Origin: the human T2T-CHM13v2.0 reference genome, Homo sapiens
Reading direction: 5' to 3' (one strand)
Length of the DNA stretch: 64,000 nucleotides
Assembly (NCBI RefSeq): GCF_009914755.1
Contig: NC_060940.1
In this document: positions 28,298-44,295 of the stretch, piece by piece
How the letters are laid out: every line of letters begins with the position of its first letter
How positions within the stretch are numbered: the first letter of the stretch is position 1
Translations under genes and position numbers: made by a program
Notes under the pieces: model-generated
What the model saw: only the letters and a program-made list of their open reading frames with translations
Told to the model about the DNA's origin: nothing
Database searches by the model: none

Positions 28298-31200
28298 GAT
28301 TCCATTCAGTTCCATTCGATGATTCCCTTAGATTCCATTCGATGATTCCACTTGATTGCATTTACGATGATTCCATTCGATTCCATGTGATGATTCCATT
28401 CAATTCTATTCAATGATGTCTCCATTTGATTCCATTCGACCATGATTGCCTTTGATTCCATTCAATGATTCCATTCGGTTCCGTTTGATGATGATTTCAT
28501 TCGATTCCATTTGATGATTCCATTTGATTCCATTGGATGAGTCCATTCGATTACATTCGATGATTATTCCATTCGAGTGCATTAGATGATTCCATTCGAG
28601 TCCATTCGATGATTCCATTCGATTCCATTCGATGTTGATTCTGTTCAAATCCATTCGATGATTCCACTCGATTCCATTCGTTGACTCCATTTGATCCCAT
28701 TCGATGATTTCCTTTGATTCCCTTTGATGATCATTCCATTTGATTCAATTCGGTGATTTCATTTGATTCCATTCAGTGATGTTTCCATTCGACTCCATTC
28801 GATGATGATTCCATTCGACTCCATTCGATTATGATTTCATTCAATTCCATTCGATAATGATTCCCTTCGAGTCCATTCGATGATTCCATTCGATTCCATT
28901 CAACGATGATTTGATTCGTGTCCATTCGATGATTCCATTTGATTCCACTTGATGATGATTCCATTCGAGTCCATTTGATGATTCTATTCAATTCCATACT
29001 CCGATGATTTCTTTTGAGCCCACTCAATGCTTCCACTCGATTCCATATGATGATGACTCCATTCGATGAAATTCGATGATTATTCCATTCGCTTGCTTTC
29101 GATGATTCCACTTGAGTCCGTTAGAAGATTCTATTCAATTACATTCCATGACGATTCCGTTCGAGTCCATTTGATGATTCCATTAGACTCCATTCGACGA
29201 TGATTCCATTCGATGTTATTCGATGATTCCATTCGATCTCATTCGATGATGATTCCATTCAACTCCATTCGATGTTTCCATTCGAGTTCATTCTATTATT
29301 CCATTAGATTCCATTCGATGATGATTCCATTCGATTCCATTTGATGATTGCATTCTATTTCATTTGATGATGATTCCATTCGAGTCCACTCGATGATTCC
29401 ATTCGAGTCCATTCGATGATTCCATTAGAGTACATTTAATGATTGCTTTGTTTTCAATTCGAAGATGATTACATTGGATTCCATTCTATGATACCATTCG
29501 ATTCCATTCAATGATGATTCCACTCAAATCCATTGGATGATTCCATTCGTGTCCATTCGGTGATTTCATTAGATTCCATTCGAGGATGATTCCATTCGAT
29601 TCCATTCGATGATTCCATTGAATTCCATTCGATGATGATTCCATTCCAGTCCATATGATCATTCCATTTGATTTCATTCGATGATGATTCCATTCGATTC
29701 CATTCGATGATTCCATTCTATTCCATTCGATGATGATTCCATTCGAGTCCATTCGATGATTCCATTCGAGTCCATTTAATGATTCCATTGGGTTCAATTC
29801 AATGATGATTACATTGGATTTCGTTCTATGATTCCATTCAATTCCGTTCATTGACAATTTGATTCCATTCGATGATGATTCCATTTGAGTTCATTCGATG
29901 ATTCTATTCGATTCTCTTCGATGGTGATTCAATTCTATTATATTGGATGATTCCATTCGATTCCATTTGATGTTGATTCAATTCGATTCTATTCGATGAT
30001 GATTCCATTGGATTTCACTTGATGATTCTATTCGATTCCATTCAATGATGATTCACTTCTCGTCCATTGGATGATTCCATTTCATTCCATTCGATGATGA
30101 TTCCATTCGATTCCATTCGATGATTCCATTTGATTCCATGCGACGGTGAGCAATTTGATTCAATTCCATGATGATTCTATTTGATTCAATTAGATGATGT
30201 TTCCATTCGAATCCATTCCATGATTATTCCATTGGAATCCATTCGGCGATGATTCCATATGAGTCAATTCAATGATGATTCCATATGGGTCCGTTCGATG
30301 ATAATTCCATTTGATTTCATTCGATGCTTCTATTCTATTCCAGTCGATGATGATTCCGTTGGAGTCCATACGATGATTCCATTTGATTTCATTTGATGAT
30401 GATTCCATTCGATGATGATTACATTGGATTCCATTCTATGATTCCATTCAATTCCATTCGTTGATGATTCGATTCCATTCAATGATGATTCCATTTGATT
30501 TCATTCGATGATTCTATTCGATTCCGTTCGATGGTGATTCAATTCTCTTATATTGGATGATTCCAGTCGATTCCATTTGATGATTATTCCATTGGAGTCC
30601 ACTTAGTGAATCCTTTGGATTCTACTCGACGATGATTCCATTCGAGTCCATTCGATGATACCATTCAATTCCATTCGTTGATGCTTCCATTCAAGTGCAT
30701 TCGATGATATCATTCGATTCCATTTGATGATAATTCCATTTGATTCCATGCGATGATTCTATTCGATTCCATTCATTGATAATTCCATTCAATTCAGTGA
30801 TTCCTCTGGACTCCATTTGATGATGATTCCATTCAATGATTCCATTCGATTCTATTCCAAAATGATTCCATTTGAATCCATTTGATGATGATTCCATTAG
30901 ATTCCATTTGATGATTCCATTCGATTCCATTCGACGATGATTCCATTCGATTCCGTTTGATGATTCCATTCTATTCTATTCGATGATGATTCCATTCGAT
31001 TCCATTCGATGATGATTGGATTCGATTCCATTTGATGATTTCATTTGATTCCATTCGTTAATGATTTCGATCAATTCCATTCGATGATTCCATTCGATTC
31101 CATTCGATAATGATTACATCCGAGTCCATTCGATGATTCCATTGGAGCCTGTTCGATAATTCCATTTGAGTCCAACCAATGATTCCATTCATTTCCATTC

Positions 31201-32143
31201 AATGATTCCATTCGAGTCCATTTGATCATTCCGGTAGGGTCCATTCGATGTTGATTCCATTGGAGTGCATTCGATGATTCCATTCGAGTCCATTTTAGGA
31301 TTTGATTCGAGTCCTTTCGATGATTCCATTCGATTCCACTCGATGATGATTTCATTCGAGTCCATTCGACACTTCCAATCGATTCCATTTGATGATTCCA
31401 TTCGAGTCCAATTGATGATTCCATTCAATTCCATTCGATGATGATTCCGTACGATTCCATTCTGTGATGATTCCATGTGATTGCATTCAATGATGATTCC
31501 TTTCGATTGCATTCGATTATGATTCATTTCGTGTTCATTCTATGGTTCCACAGGTTTCCATTCGTGTCCATTCCATTATTCCATTCTATTCCATTTGATG
31601 ATGATTCCATTCGATTCCATTCATTGGTGATTCCACTCAATTCCATTCAATGATTCCATTCCATTTCTTTCAACAATGATTCCATTAGTTTCTAATCGAT
31701 GATCCACTTGATTCCATTTGACGACGATTCCATTCTTGTCCATTCGATGATTCCATTTGATTCCATATGATGATGATTCCATTCGATTCCATACCATGAT
31801 GATTCCATTCGAGTCCATTCAATGGTGATTCCATTCAATTCCATTCGATGATTCCTTTCGATTCTATTCGATGATGATGGCATTCGATTCCTTTCAATCA
31901 TTCCCTTTGATTCCATTCAAAGGTGATTTCATTCAAGTCCATTCGATAATTGCATTCGATTCCATTCTATGATGATTCCATTCGAGTCCATTTGATGATT
32001 CCATTCAATTCAAGTCAATGATGATTCCATTCGATTCCATTCGATGATTCCATTGGATTCCATTCGATGATGATTCCATTCAAATCCATTCGATAATTCA
32101 ATTCAAGTCCATTCGATGATGATTATAATCGAATCCATTCAAA
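28298..32143 (+). repeat. Short unit U6, 3,846 bp (same 2,263-bp deletion plus loss of one GAT)
   Basis: Anchor at 28406 and 32252. Same junction at ~29394-29413. GCTTTCGATGATTCCAC at ~29095-29111 versus GCTTTCGATGATGATTCCAC in the other units. Confidence 0.95.
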
Positions 32144-35100
32144 GATTCCATTCAGTTCCATTCGATGATTCCCTTAGATTCCATTCGATGATTCCACTTG
32201 ATTCCATTTACGATGATTCCATTCTATTCCATGTGATGATTCCCTTCAATTCTATTCAATGGTGTCTCCATTTGATTCCATTCGACCATGATTGCCTTTG
32301 ATTCCATTCAATGACTCCATTCGGTTCCTTTTGATGATGATTCCGTTCGATTCCATTTGATGATTCCATTTGATTCCATTGGATGAGTCCATTCGATTAC
32401 ATTCGATGATTATTCCATTCGAGTGCATTAGATGATTCCATTCGAGTCCATTCGATGATTCCATTCGATTCCATTCGATGTTGATTCTGTTCAAATCCAT
32501 TCGATGATTCCACTCGATTCCATTCGTTGACTCCATTTGATCCCATTCGATGATTTCCTTTGATTCCCTTTGATGATCATTCCATTTGATTCAATTCGGT
32601 GATTTCATTTGATTCCATTCAGTGATGTTTCCATTCGACTCCATTCGATGATGATTCCATTAGACTCCATTCGATTATGATTTCATTCAATTCCATTCGA
32701 TAATGATTCCCTTCGAGTCCATTCGATGATTCCATTCGATTTCATTCAACGATGATTTGATTCGTGTCCATTCGATGATTCCATTTGATTCCACTTGATG
32801 ATGATTCCATTCGAGTCCATTTGATGATTCCATTCAATTAAATACTCCGATGATTTCTTTTGAGCCCACTCAATGCTTCCACTCGATTCCATATGATGAT
32901 GACTCCATTCGATGAAATTCGATGATGATTCCACTCGCTTGCTTTCGATGATGATTCCACTTGAGTCCGTTAGAAGATTCTATTCAATTACATTCCATGA
33001 CGATTCCGTTCGAGTCCATTTGATGATTCCATTAGACTCCATTCGACGATGATTCCATTCGATGTTATTCGATGATTCCATTCGATCTCATTCGATGATG
33101 ATTCCATTCAACTCCATTCGATGTTTCCATTCGAGTTCATTCTATTATTCCATTAGATTCCATTCGATGATGATTCCATTCGATTCCATTTGATGATTGC
33201 ATTCTATTTCATTTGATGATGATTCCATTCGAGTCCACTCGATGATTCCATTCGAGTCCATTTAATGAATCCATTGGTTTCAATTCTATGATGATTACTT
33301 TGGATTCCATTCGTTGATGATTTCATTCGGTTCCATTCAATGATGATTCCATTCAATTCCTTTCAATGTTTCCATTCAATTCCATACGATGATGATTCCA
33401 TTTGATTTGATTCGACAGTGAGCCATTCGATTCAATTCCATGATGATTCTATTTGATTCAATTGGTTGACATTTCCATTCGATTCCATTCGATGATGATT
33501 CCCTTTGATTCCGTTCAAAGATGATTCCATTCTAGCCCATTCAATCATTCCATTCGATTCTATTCAATGATGATTCCATTCATGTCGATTTGGTGATTCC
33601 ATTTGACTTCATTTGATGATGATTCCTTTCAAGTTCATTAGATGATTCCATTCGATTCCATTTGATGATGATCCCATTCGAGTCCATTCAGTGATTCCAT
33701 TCGTTTCCATTCCATGATGATTCCATTCCTTTCCATTCAATGATTCCATTCGATTCCGTTTGATGATGATTTCATTCGAGTCCATTTGATGATTCCATTT
33801 GATTCCATTCGATGATGATTCCATTCGAGTCCATTCGATGATTCTATTCGAATCCATTTGATGATTTCTTTTGATTATATTTGGTGATGATTCCATTGGA
33901 GTCCATTCAATGATTCCATTCTATTCCCATCGATGATGATTCCATTAGAGTCCATTTAATGATTCCATTTGATTCCAGTCTCTGATGATTACATTCGAGT
34001 CCATACGATGATTCCACTCAATTCCATATGATGATGATTCCATTTGATTCCATTCGGTGATCCCATTCTATTCTATTCAATGGTGATTCCATTCGAGTAC
34101 ATTAGATGATTCCATTCGATTCCATTCAATGATGATTCTATTTGTGTCCCTTAGATGACTCCACATGATTCCATTAGATGATGATACTATTTGAGCCCAT
34201 CCAATGATTCCCTTCGATTCCATTCGATGAGGATTCCATTCGATTCAATTCATTGGTGATTCTATTCAATTCAATTCTTTGATTCCATTCCATTCCATTC
34301 GACAATGATTCCATTCGATTTCTTTCGATGATTCCACTCGATTCCACTTGACATTGATTCCATTCGATTCCATTCAATGATTCCATTTGATTCCAGTGGA
34401 TGATGATTGCCATCGATTCCATTCGATCACTCCATTCTATTCCATTTGATGATGATTACATTCGATTCCATTTGATGATTCCATCTGATTCTATTCGAGG
34501 ATTCCATTTGATTCCATTCGATGATGATTCCATTCGAGTCCATTCGATGATTTCATTCGAGTACATCCAATGATTCCATTCGAGTCCATTAGATGATTCC
34601 ATTTGATTCCATTTGAAAATGATTCTACTAGAGTCCATTCAATGACTCCATTCGAGTCCATTCAACAATTCCATTCGACTCCATTCGATGATTCCATTCG
34701 ATTCCATTTGATGGTTCCATTCGAGTCCATTTAATCATTACAGTCGAGTCCATTTGGTGATTCCACTGGATTTCTTTTGATAATGATACCATTCAATTAC
34801 ATTTGATGATGATCCCATTCAATTTCATTTGATGATGATTCCATTAGAGTCCATTCGATGATTTCATTCGAGTCCCTTCATTGATTCCATCCGATTTCAT
34901 TGGATGATGACTCCATTCGAGTCCATTCGATGATTCCACTCGATTCCATTAGATGACTCCATTGGAGTCCATTTGATTGTTCCATTCGATTCCATTCGAT
35001 TCCTTTCGAAGATTATTCCATTTGAGTCCATTCGATGATGATTCCATTCCATTCCATTCAATGATTCCATTCGAATCTATTCCATGATGATTCCTTTCGA

Positions 35101-38100
35101 TTCCATTCGCTGATGTTTCCGTTCAATTCCATTCGATGATGATTCCATTCGATTCCATTCATTGAGGATTCCATTTGATTCCATTCAATGATGATTCCAT
35201 TCTATTCCATTCAATGATTGCATTCAATTCCATTCAATGATTATCCCATTAGAGTAAACTCAACGATTCCATTCAATACCATTCGATGATGATTCCTTTT
35301 GAGTCCATTCAATGATTTCATTCAAGTCCATTTGATGATTCCTTTCAATTCCATTCTATGATGATTCCATTCGAGTCCATTCGATGATTCCATTCGATTG
35401 CATTCGATGATTCCATTATATTCCATTCAACGGTGATTCCATTCGAGTCCATTCGATGATTCCATTAGAGTACATTTAATGATTGCTTTGTTTTCAATTC
35501 GAAGATGATTACATTGGATTCCATTCTATGATACCATTCGATTCCATTCAATGATGATTCCACTCAAATCCATTGGATGATTCCATTCGTGTCCATTCGG
35601 TGATTTCATTAGATTCCATTCGAGGATGATTCCATTCGATTCCATTCGATGATTCCATTCAATTCCATTCGATGATGATTCCATTCCAGTCCATATGATC
35701 ATTCCATTTGATTTCATTCGATGATGATTCCATTCGATTCCATTCGACGATTCCATTCTATTCCATTCGATGATGATTCCATTCGAGTCCATTCGATGAT
35801 TCCATTCGAGTCCATTTAATGATTCCATTGGGTTCAATTCAATGATGATTACATTGGATTCCGTTCTATGATTCCATTCAATTCCGTTCATTGACAATTT
35901 GATTCCATTCGATGATGATTCCATTTGAGTTCATTCGATGATTCTATTCGATTCTCTTCGATGGTGATTCAATTCTATTATATTGGATGATTCCATTCGA
36001 TTCCATTTGATGTTGATTCAATTCGATTCTATTCGATGATGATTCCATTGGATTTCACTTGATGATTCTATTCGATTCCATTCAATGATGATTCACTTCT
36101 CGTCCATTGGATGATTCCATTTCATTCCATTCGATGATGATTCCATTCGATTCCATTCGATGATTCCATTTGATTCCATGCGACGGTGAGCAATTCGATT
36201 CAATTCCATGATGATTCTATTTGATTCAATTAGATGATGTTTCCATTCGAATCCATTCCATGATTATTCCATTGGAATCCATTCGGCGATGATTCCATAT
36301 GAGTCAATTCAATGATGATTCCATATGGGTCCGTTCGATGATAATTCCATTTGATTTCATTCGATGCTTCTATTCTATTCCAGTCGATGATGATTCCGTT
36401 GGAGTCCATACGATGATTCCATTTGATTTCATTTGATGATGATTCCATTCGATGATGATTACATTGGATTCCATTCTATGATTCCATTCAATTCCATTCG
36501 TTGATGATTCGATTCCATTCAATGATGATTCCATTTGAGTTCATTCGATGATTCTATTCGATTCCGTTCGATGGTGATTCAATTCTCTTATATTGGATGA
36601 TTCCAGTCGATTCCATTTGATGATTATTCCATTGGAGTCCACTTAGTGAATCCTTTGGATTCTACTCGACGATGATTCCATTCGAGTCCATTCGATGATA
36701 CCATTCAATTCCATTCGTTGATGCTTCCATTCAAGTGCATTCGATGATATCATTCGATTCCATTTGATGATAATTCCATTTGATTCCATGCGATGATTCT
36801 ATTCGATTCCATTCAATGATAATTCCATTCAATTCAGTGATTCCTCTGGACTCCATTTGATGATGATTCCATTCAATGATTCCATTCGATTCTATTCGAA
36901 AATGATTCCATTTGAATCCATTTGATGATGATTCCATTAGATTCCATTTGATGATTCCATTCGATTCCATTCGACGATGATTCCATTCGATTCCGTTTGA
37001 TGATTCCATTCTATTCTATTCGATGATGATTCCATTCGATTCCATTCGATGATGATTGGATTCGATTCCATTTGATGATTTCATTTGATTCCATTCGTTA
37101 ATGATTTCGATCAATTCCATTCGATGATTCCATTCGATTCCATTGGATAATGATTACATCCGAGTCCATTCGATGATTCCATTGGAGCCTGTTCGATAAT
37201 TCCATTTGAGTCCAACCAATGATTCCATTCATTTCCATTCAATGATTCCATTCGAGTCCATTTGATCATTCCGGTAGGGTCCATTCGATGTTGATTCCAT
37301 TGGAGTGCATTCGATGATTCCATTCGAGTCCATTTTAGGATTTGATTCGAGTCCTTTCGATGATTCCATTCGATTCCACTCGATGATGATTTCATTCGAG
37401 TCCATTCGACACTTCCAATCGATTCCATTTGATGATTCCATTCGAGTCCAATTGATGATTCCATTCAATTCCATTCGATGATGATTCCGTACGATTCCAT
37501 TCTGTGATGATTCCATGTGATTGCATTCAATGATGATTCCTTTCGATTGCATTCGATTATGATTCATTTCGTGTTCATTCTATGGTTCCACAGGTTTCCA
37601 TTCGTGTCCATTCCATTATTCCATTCTATTCCATTTGATGATGATTCCATTCGATTCCATTCATTGGTGATTCCACTCAATTCCATTCAATGATTCCATT
37701 CCATTTCTTTCAACAATGATTCCATTAGTTTCTAATCGATGATCCACTTGATTCCATTTGACGACGATTCCATTCTTGTCCATTCGATGATTCCATTTGA
37801 TTCCATATGATGATGATTCCATTCGATTCCATACCATGATGATTCCATTCGAGTCCATTCAATGGTGATTCCATTCAATTCCATTCGATGATTCCTTTCG
37901 ATTCCATTCGATGATGATGGCATTCGATTCCTTTCAATCATTCCCTTTGATTCCATTCAAAGGTGATTTCATTCAAGTCCATTCGATAATTGCATTCGAT
38001 TCCATTCTATGATGATTCCATTCGAGTCCATTTGATGATTCCATTCAATTCAAGTCAATGATGATTCCATTCGATTCCATTCGATGATTCCATTGGATTC

Positions 38101-38183
38101 CATTCGATGATGATTCCATTCAAATCCATTCGATAATTCAATTCAAGTCCATTCGATGATGATTATAATCGAATCCATTCAAA
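32144..38183 (+). repeat. Unit U7, 6,040 bp (72-bp internal deletion)
   Basis: Anchor at 32252 and 38292. Deletion junction at 35036-35059. Confidence 0.95.
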
Positions 38184-41100
38184 GATTCCATTCAGTTCCA
38201 TTCGATGATTCCCTTAGATTCCATTCGATGATTCCACTTGATTCCATTTACGATGATTCCATTCTATTCCATGTGATGATTCCCTTCAATTCTATTCAAT
38301 GGTGTCTCCATTTGATTCCATTCGACCATGATTGCCTTTGATTCCATTCAATGACTCCATTCGGTTCCTTTTGATGATGATTCCGTTCGATTCCATTTGA
38401 TGATTCCATTTGATTCCATTGGATGAGTCCATTCGATTACATTCGATGATTATTCCATTCGAGTGCATTTGATGATTCCATTCGAGTCCATTCGATGATT
38501 CCATTCGATTCCATTCGATGTTGATTCTGTTCAAATCCATTCGATGATTCCACTCGATTCCATTCGTTGACTCCATTTGATCCCATTCGATGATTTCCTT
38601 TGATTCCCTTTGATGATCATTCCATTTGATTCAATTCGGTGATTTCATTTGATTCCATTCAGTGATGTTTCCATTCGACTCCATTCGATGATGATTCCAT
38701 TCGACTCCATTCGATTATGATTTCATTCAATTCCATTCGATAATGATTCCCTTCGAGTCCATTCGATGATTCCATTCGATTCCATTCAACGATGATTTGA
38801 TTCGTGTCCATTCGATGATTCCATTTGATTCCACTTGATGATGATTCCATTCGAGTCCATTTGATGATTCCATTCAATTAAATACTCCGATGATTTCTTT
38901 TGAGCCCACTCAATGCTTCCACTCGATTCCATATGATGATGACTCCATTCGATGAAATTCGATGATGATTCCACTCGCTTGCTTTCGATGATGATTCCAC
39001 TTGAGTCCGTTAGAAGATTCTATTCAATTACATTCCATGACGATTCCGTTCGAGTCCATTTGATGATTCCATTAGACTCCATTCGACGATGATTCCATTC
39101 GATGTTATTCGATGATTCCATTCGATCTCATTCGATGATGATTCCATTCAACTCCATTCGATGTTTCCATTCGAGTTCATTCTATTATTCCATTAGATTC
39201 CATTCGATGATGATTCCATTCGATTCCATTTGATGATTGCATTCTATTTCATTTGATGATGATTCCATTCGAGTCCACTCGATGATTCCATTCGAGTCCA
39301 TTTAATGAATCCATTGGTTTCAATTCTATGATGATTACTTTGGATTCCATTCGTTGATGATTTCATTCGGTTCCATTCAATGATGATTCCATTTAATTCC
39401 TTTCAATGTTTCCATTCAATTCCATACGATGATGATTCCATTTGATTTGATTCGACAGTGAGCCATTCGATTCAATTCCATGATGATTCTATTTGATTCA
39501 ATTGGTTGACATTTCCATTCAATTCCATTCGATGATGATTCCCTTTGATTCCGTTCAAAGATGATTCCATTCTAGCCCATTCAATCATTCCATTCGATTC
39601 TATTCAATGATGATTCCATTCATGTCGATTTGGTGATTCCATTTGACTTCATTTGATGATGATTCCTTTCAAGTTCATTAGATGATTCCATTCGATTCCA
39701 TTTGATGATGATCCCATTCGAGTCCATTCAGTGATTCCATTCGTTTCCATTCCATGATGATTCCATTCCTTTCCATTCAATGATTCCATTCGATTCCGTT
39801 TGATGATGATTTCATTCGAGTCCATTTGATGATTCCATTTGATTCCATTCGATGATGATTCCATTCGAGTCCATTCGATGATTCTATTCGAATCCATTTG
39901 ATGATTTCTTTTGATTATATTTCGTGATGATTCCATTGGAGTCCATTCAATGATTCCATTCTATTCCCATCGATGATGATTCCATTAGAGTCCATTTAAT
40001 GATTCCATTTGATTCCAGTCTCTGATGATTACATTCGAGTCCATACGATGATTCCACTCAATTCCATATGATGATGATTCCATTTGATTCCATTCGGTGA
40101 TCCCATTCTATTCTATTCAATGGTGATTCCATTCGAGTACATTAGATGATTCCATTCGATTCCATTCAATGATGATTCTATTTGTGTCCCTTAGATGACT
40201 CCACATGATTCCATTAGATGATGATACTATTTGAGCCCATCCAATGATTCCCTTCGATTCCATTCGATGAGGATTCCATTCGATTCAATTCATTGGTGAT
40301 TCTATTCAATTCAATTCTTTGATTCCATTCCATTCCATTCGACAATGATTCCATTCGATTTCTTTCGATGATTCCACTCGATTCCACTTGACATTGATTC
40401 CATTCGATTCCATTCAATGATTCCATTTGATTCCAGTGGATGATGATTGCCATCGATTCCATTCGATCACTCCATTCTATTCCATTTGATGATGATTACA
40501 TTCGATTCCATTTGATGATTCCATCTGATTCTATTCGAGGATTCCATTTGATTCCATTCGATGATGATTCCATTCGAGTCCATTCGATGATTTCATTCGA
40601 GTACATCCAATGATTCCATTCGAGTCCATTAGATGATTCCATTTGATTCCATTTGAAAATGATTCTACTAGAGTCCATTCAATGACTCCATTCGAGTCCA
40701 TTCAACAATTCCATTCGACTCCATTCGATGATTCCATTCGATTCCATTTGATGGTTCCATTCGAGTCCATTTAATCATTACAGTCGAGTCCATTTGGTGA
40801 TTCCACTGGATTTCTTTTGATAATGATACCATTCAATTACATTTGATGATGATCCCATTCAATTTCATTTGATGATGATTCCATTAGAGTCCATTCGATG
40901 ATTTCATTCGAGTCCCTTCATTGATTCCATCCGATTTCATTGGATGATGACTCCATTCGAGTCCATTCGATGATTCCACTCGATTCCATTAGATGACTCC
41001 ATTGGAGTCCATTTGATTGTTCCATTCGATTCCATTCGATTCCTTTCGAAGATTATTCCATTTGAGTCCATTCGATGATGATTCCATTCCATTCCATTCG

Positions 41101-44100
41101 ATGATTCCGTTTGATTCCATTCGATGATTCCCTTCGATTCCTTTCTTTGATGATTCCATTCCATTCCATTCAATGATTCCATTCGAATCTATTCCATGAT
41201 GATTCCTTTCGATTCCATTCGCTGATGTTTCCGTTCAATTCCATTCGATGATGATTCCATTCGATTCCATTCATTGAGGATTCCATTTGATTCCATTCAA
41301 TGATGATTCCATTCTATTCCATTCAATGATTGCATTCAATTCCATTCAATGATTATCCCATTAGAGTAAACTCAACGATTCCATTCAATACCATTCGATG
41401 ATGATTCCTTTTGAGTCCATTCAATGATTTCATTCAAGTCCATTTGATGATTCCTTTCAATTCCATTCTATGATGATTCCATTCGAGTCCATTCGATGAT
41501 TCCATTCGATTGCATTCGATGATTCCATTATATTCCATTCAACGGTGATTCCATTCGAGTCCATTCGATGATTCCATTAGAGTACATTTAATGATTGCTT
41601 TGTTTTCAATTCGAAGATGATTACATTGGATTCCATTCTATGATACCATTCGATTCCATTCAATGATGATTCCACTCAAATCCATTGGATGATTCCATTC
41701 GTGTCCATTCGGTGATTTCATTAGATTCCATTCGAGGATGATTCCATTCGATTCCATTCGATGATTCCATTCAATTCCATTCGATGATGATTCCATTCCA
41801 GTCCATATGATCATTCCATTTGATTTCATTCGATGATGATTCCATTCGATTCCATTCGACGATTCCATTCTATTCCATTCGATGATGATTCCATTCGAGT
41901 CCATTCGATCATTCCATTCGAGTCCATTTAATGATTCCATTGGGTTCAATTCAATGATGATTACATTGGATTCCGTTCTATGATTCCATTCAATTCCGTT
42001 CATTGACAATTTGATTCCATTCGATGATGATTCCATTTGAGTTCATTCGATGATTCTATTCGATTCTCTTCGATGGTGATTCAATTCTATTATATTGGAT
42101 GATTCCATTCGATTCCATTTGATGTTGATTCAATTCGATTCTATTCGATGATGATTCCATTGGATTTCACTTGATGATTCTATTCGATTCCATTCAATGA
42201 TGATTCACTTCTCGTCCATTGGATGATTCCATTTCATTCCATTCGATGATGATTCCATTCGATTCCATTCGATGATTCCATTCGATTCCATGCGACGGTG
42301 AGCAATTCGATTCAATTCCATGATGATTCTATTTGATTCAATTAGATGATGTTTCCATTCGAATCCATTCCATGATTATTCCATTGGAATCCATTCGGCG
42401 ATGATTCCATATGAGTCAATTCAATGATGATTCCATATGGGTCCGTTCGATGATAATTCCATTTGATTTCATTCGATGCTTCTATTCTATTCCAGTCGAT
42501 GATGATTCCGTTGGAGTCCATACGATGATTCCATTTGATTTCATTTCATGATGATTCCATTCGATGATGATTACATTGGATTCCATTCTATGATTCCATT
42601 CAATTCCATTCGTTGATGATTCGATTCCATTCAATGATGATTCCATTTGAGTTCATTCGATGATTCTATTCGATTCCGTTCGATGGTGATTCAATTCTCT
42701 TATATTGGATGATTCCAGTCGATTCCATTTGATGATTATTCCATTGGAGTCCACTTAGTGAATCCTTTAGATTCTACTCGACGATGATTCCATTCGAGTC
42801 CATTCGATGATACCATTCAATTCCATTCGTTGATGCTTCCATTCAAGTGCATTCGATGATATCATTCGATTCCATTTGATGATAATTCCATTTGATTCCA
42901 TGCGATGATTCTATTCGATTCCATTCAATGATAATTCCATTCAATTCAGTGATTCCTCTGGACTCCATTTGATGATGATTCCATTCAATGATTCCATTCG
43001 ATTCTATTCGAAAATGATTCCATTTGAATCCATTTGATGATGATTCCATTAGATTCCATTTGATGATTCCATTCGATTCCATTCGACGATGATTCCATTC
43101 GATTCCGTTTGATGATTCCATTCTATTCTATTCGATGATGATTCCATTCGATTCCATTCGATGATGATTGGATTCGATTCCATTTGATGATTTCATTTGA
43201 TTCCATTCGTTAATGATTTCGATCAATTCCATTCGATGATTCCATTCGATTCCATTCGATAATGATTACATCCGAGTCCATTCGATGATTCCATTGGAGC
43301 CTGTTCGATAATTCCATTTGAGTCCAACCAATGATTCCATTCATTTCCATTCAATGATTCCATTCGAGTCCATTTGATCATTCCGGTAGGGTCCATTCGA
43401 TGTTGATTCCATTGGAGTGCATTCGATGATTCCATTCGAGTCCATTTTAGGATTTGATTCGAGTCCTTTCTATGATTCCATTCGATTCCACTCGATGATG
43501 ATTTCATTCGAGTCCATTCGACACTTCCAATCGATTCCATTTGATGATTCCATTCGAGTCCAATTGATGATTCCATTCAATTCCATTCGATGATGTTTCC
43601 GTACGATTCCATTCTGTGATGATTCCATGTGATTGCATTCAATGATGATTCCTTTCGATTGCATTCGATTATGATTCATTTCGTGTTCATTCTATGGTTC
43701 CACAGGTTTCCATTCGTGTCCATTCCATTATTCCATTCTATTCCATTTGATGATGATTCCATTCGATTCCATTCATTGGTGATTCCACTCAATTCCATTC
43801 AATGATTCCATTCCATTTCTTTCAACAATGATTCCATTAGTTTCTAATCGATGATCCACTTGATTCCATTTGACGACGATTCCATTCTTGTCCATTCGAT
43901 GATTCCATTTGATTCCATATGATGATGATTCCATTCGATTCCATACCATGATGATTCCATTCGAGTCCATTCAATGGTGATTCCATTCAATTCCATTCGA
44001 TGATTCCTTTTGATTCCATTCGATGATGATGGCATTCGATTCCTTTCAATCATTCCCTTTGATTCCATTCAAAGGTGATTTCATTCAAGTCCATTCGATA

Positions 44101-44295
44101 ATTGCATTCGATTCCATTCTATGATGATTCCATTCGAGTCCATTTGATGATTCCATTCAATTCAAGTCAATGATGATTCCATTCGATTCCATTCGATGAT
44201 TCCATTGGATTCCATTCGATGATGATTCCATTCAAATCCATTCGATAATTCAATTCAAGTCCATTCGATGATGATTCCAATCGAATCCATTCAAA
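38184..44295 (+). repeat. Macro-repeat unit U8, full length 6,112 bp
   Basis: Anchor at 38292 and 44404. Confidence 0.95.
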
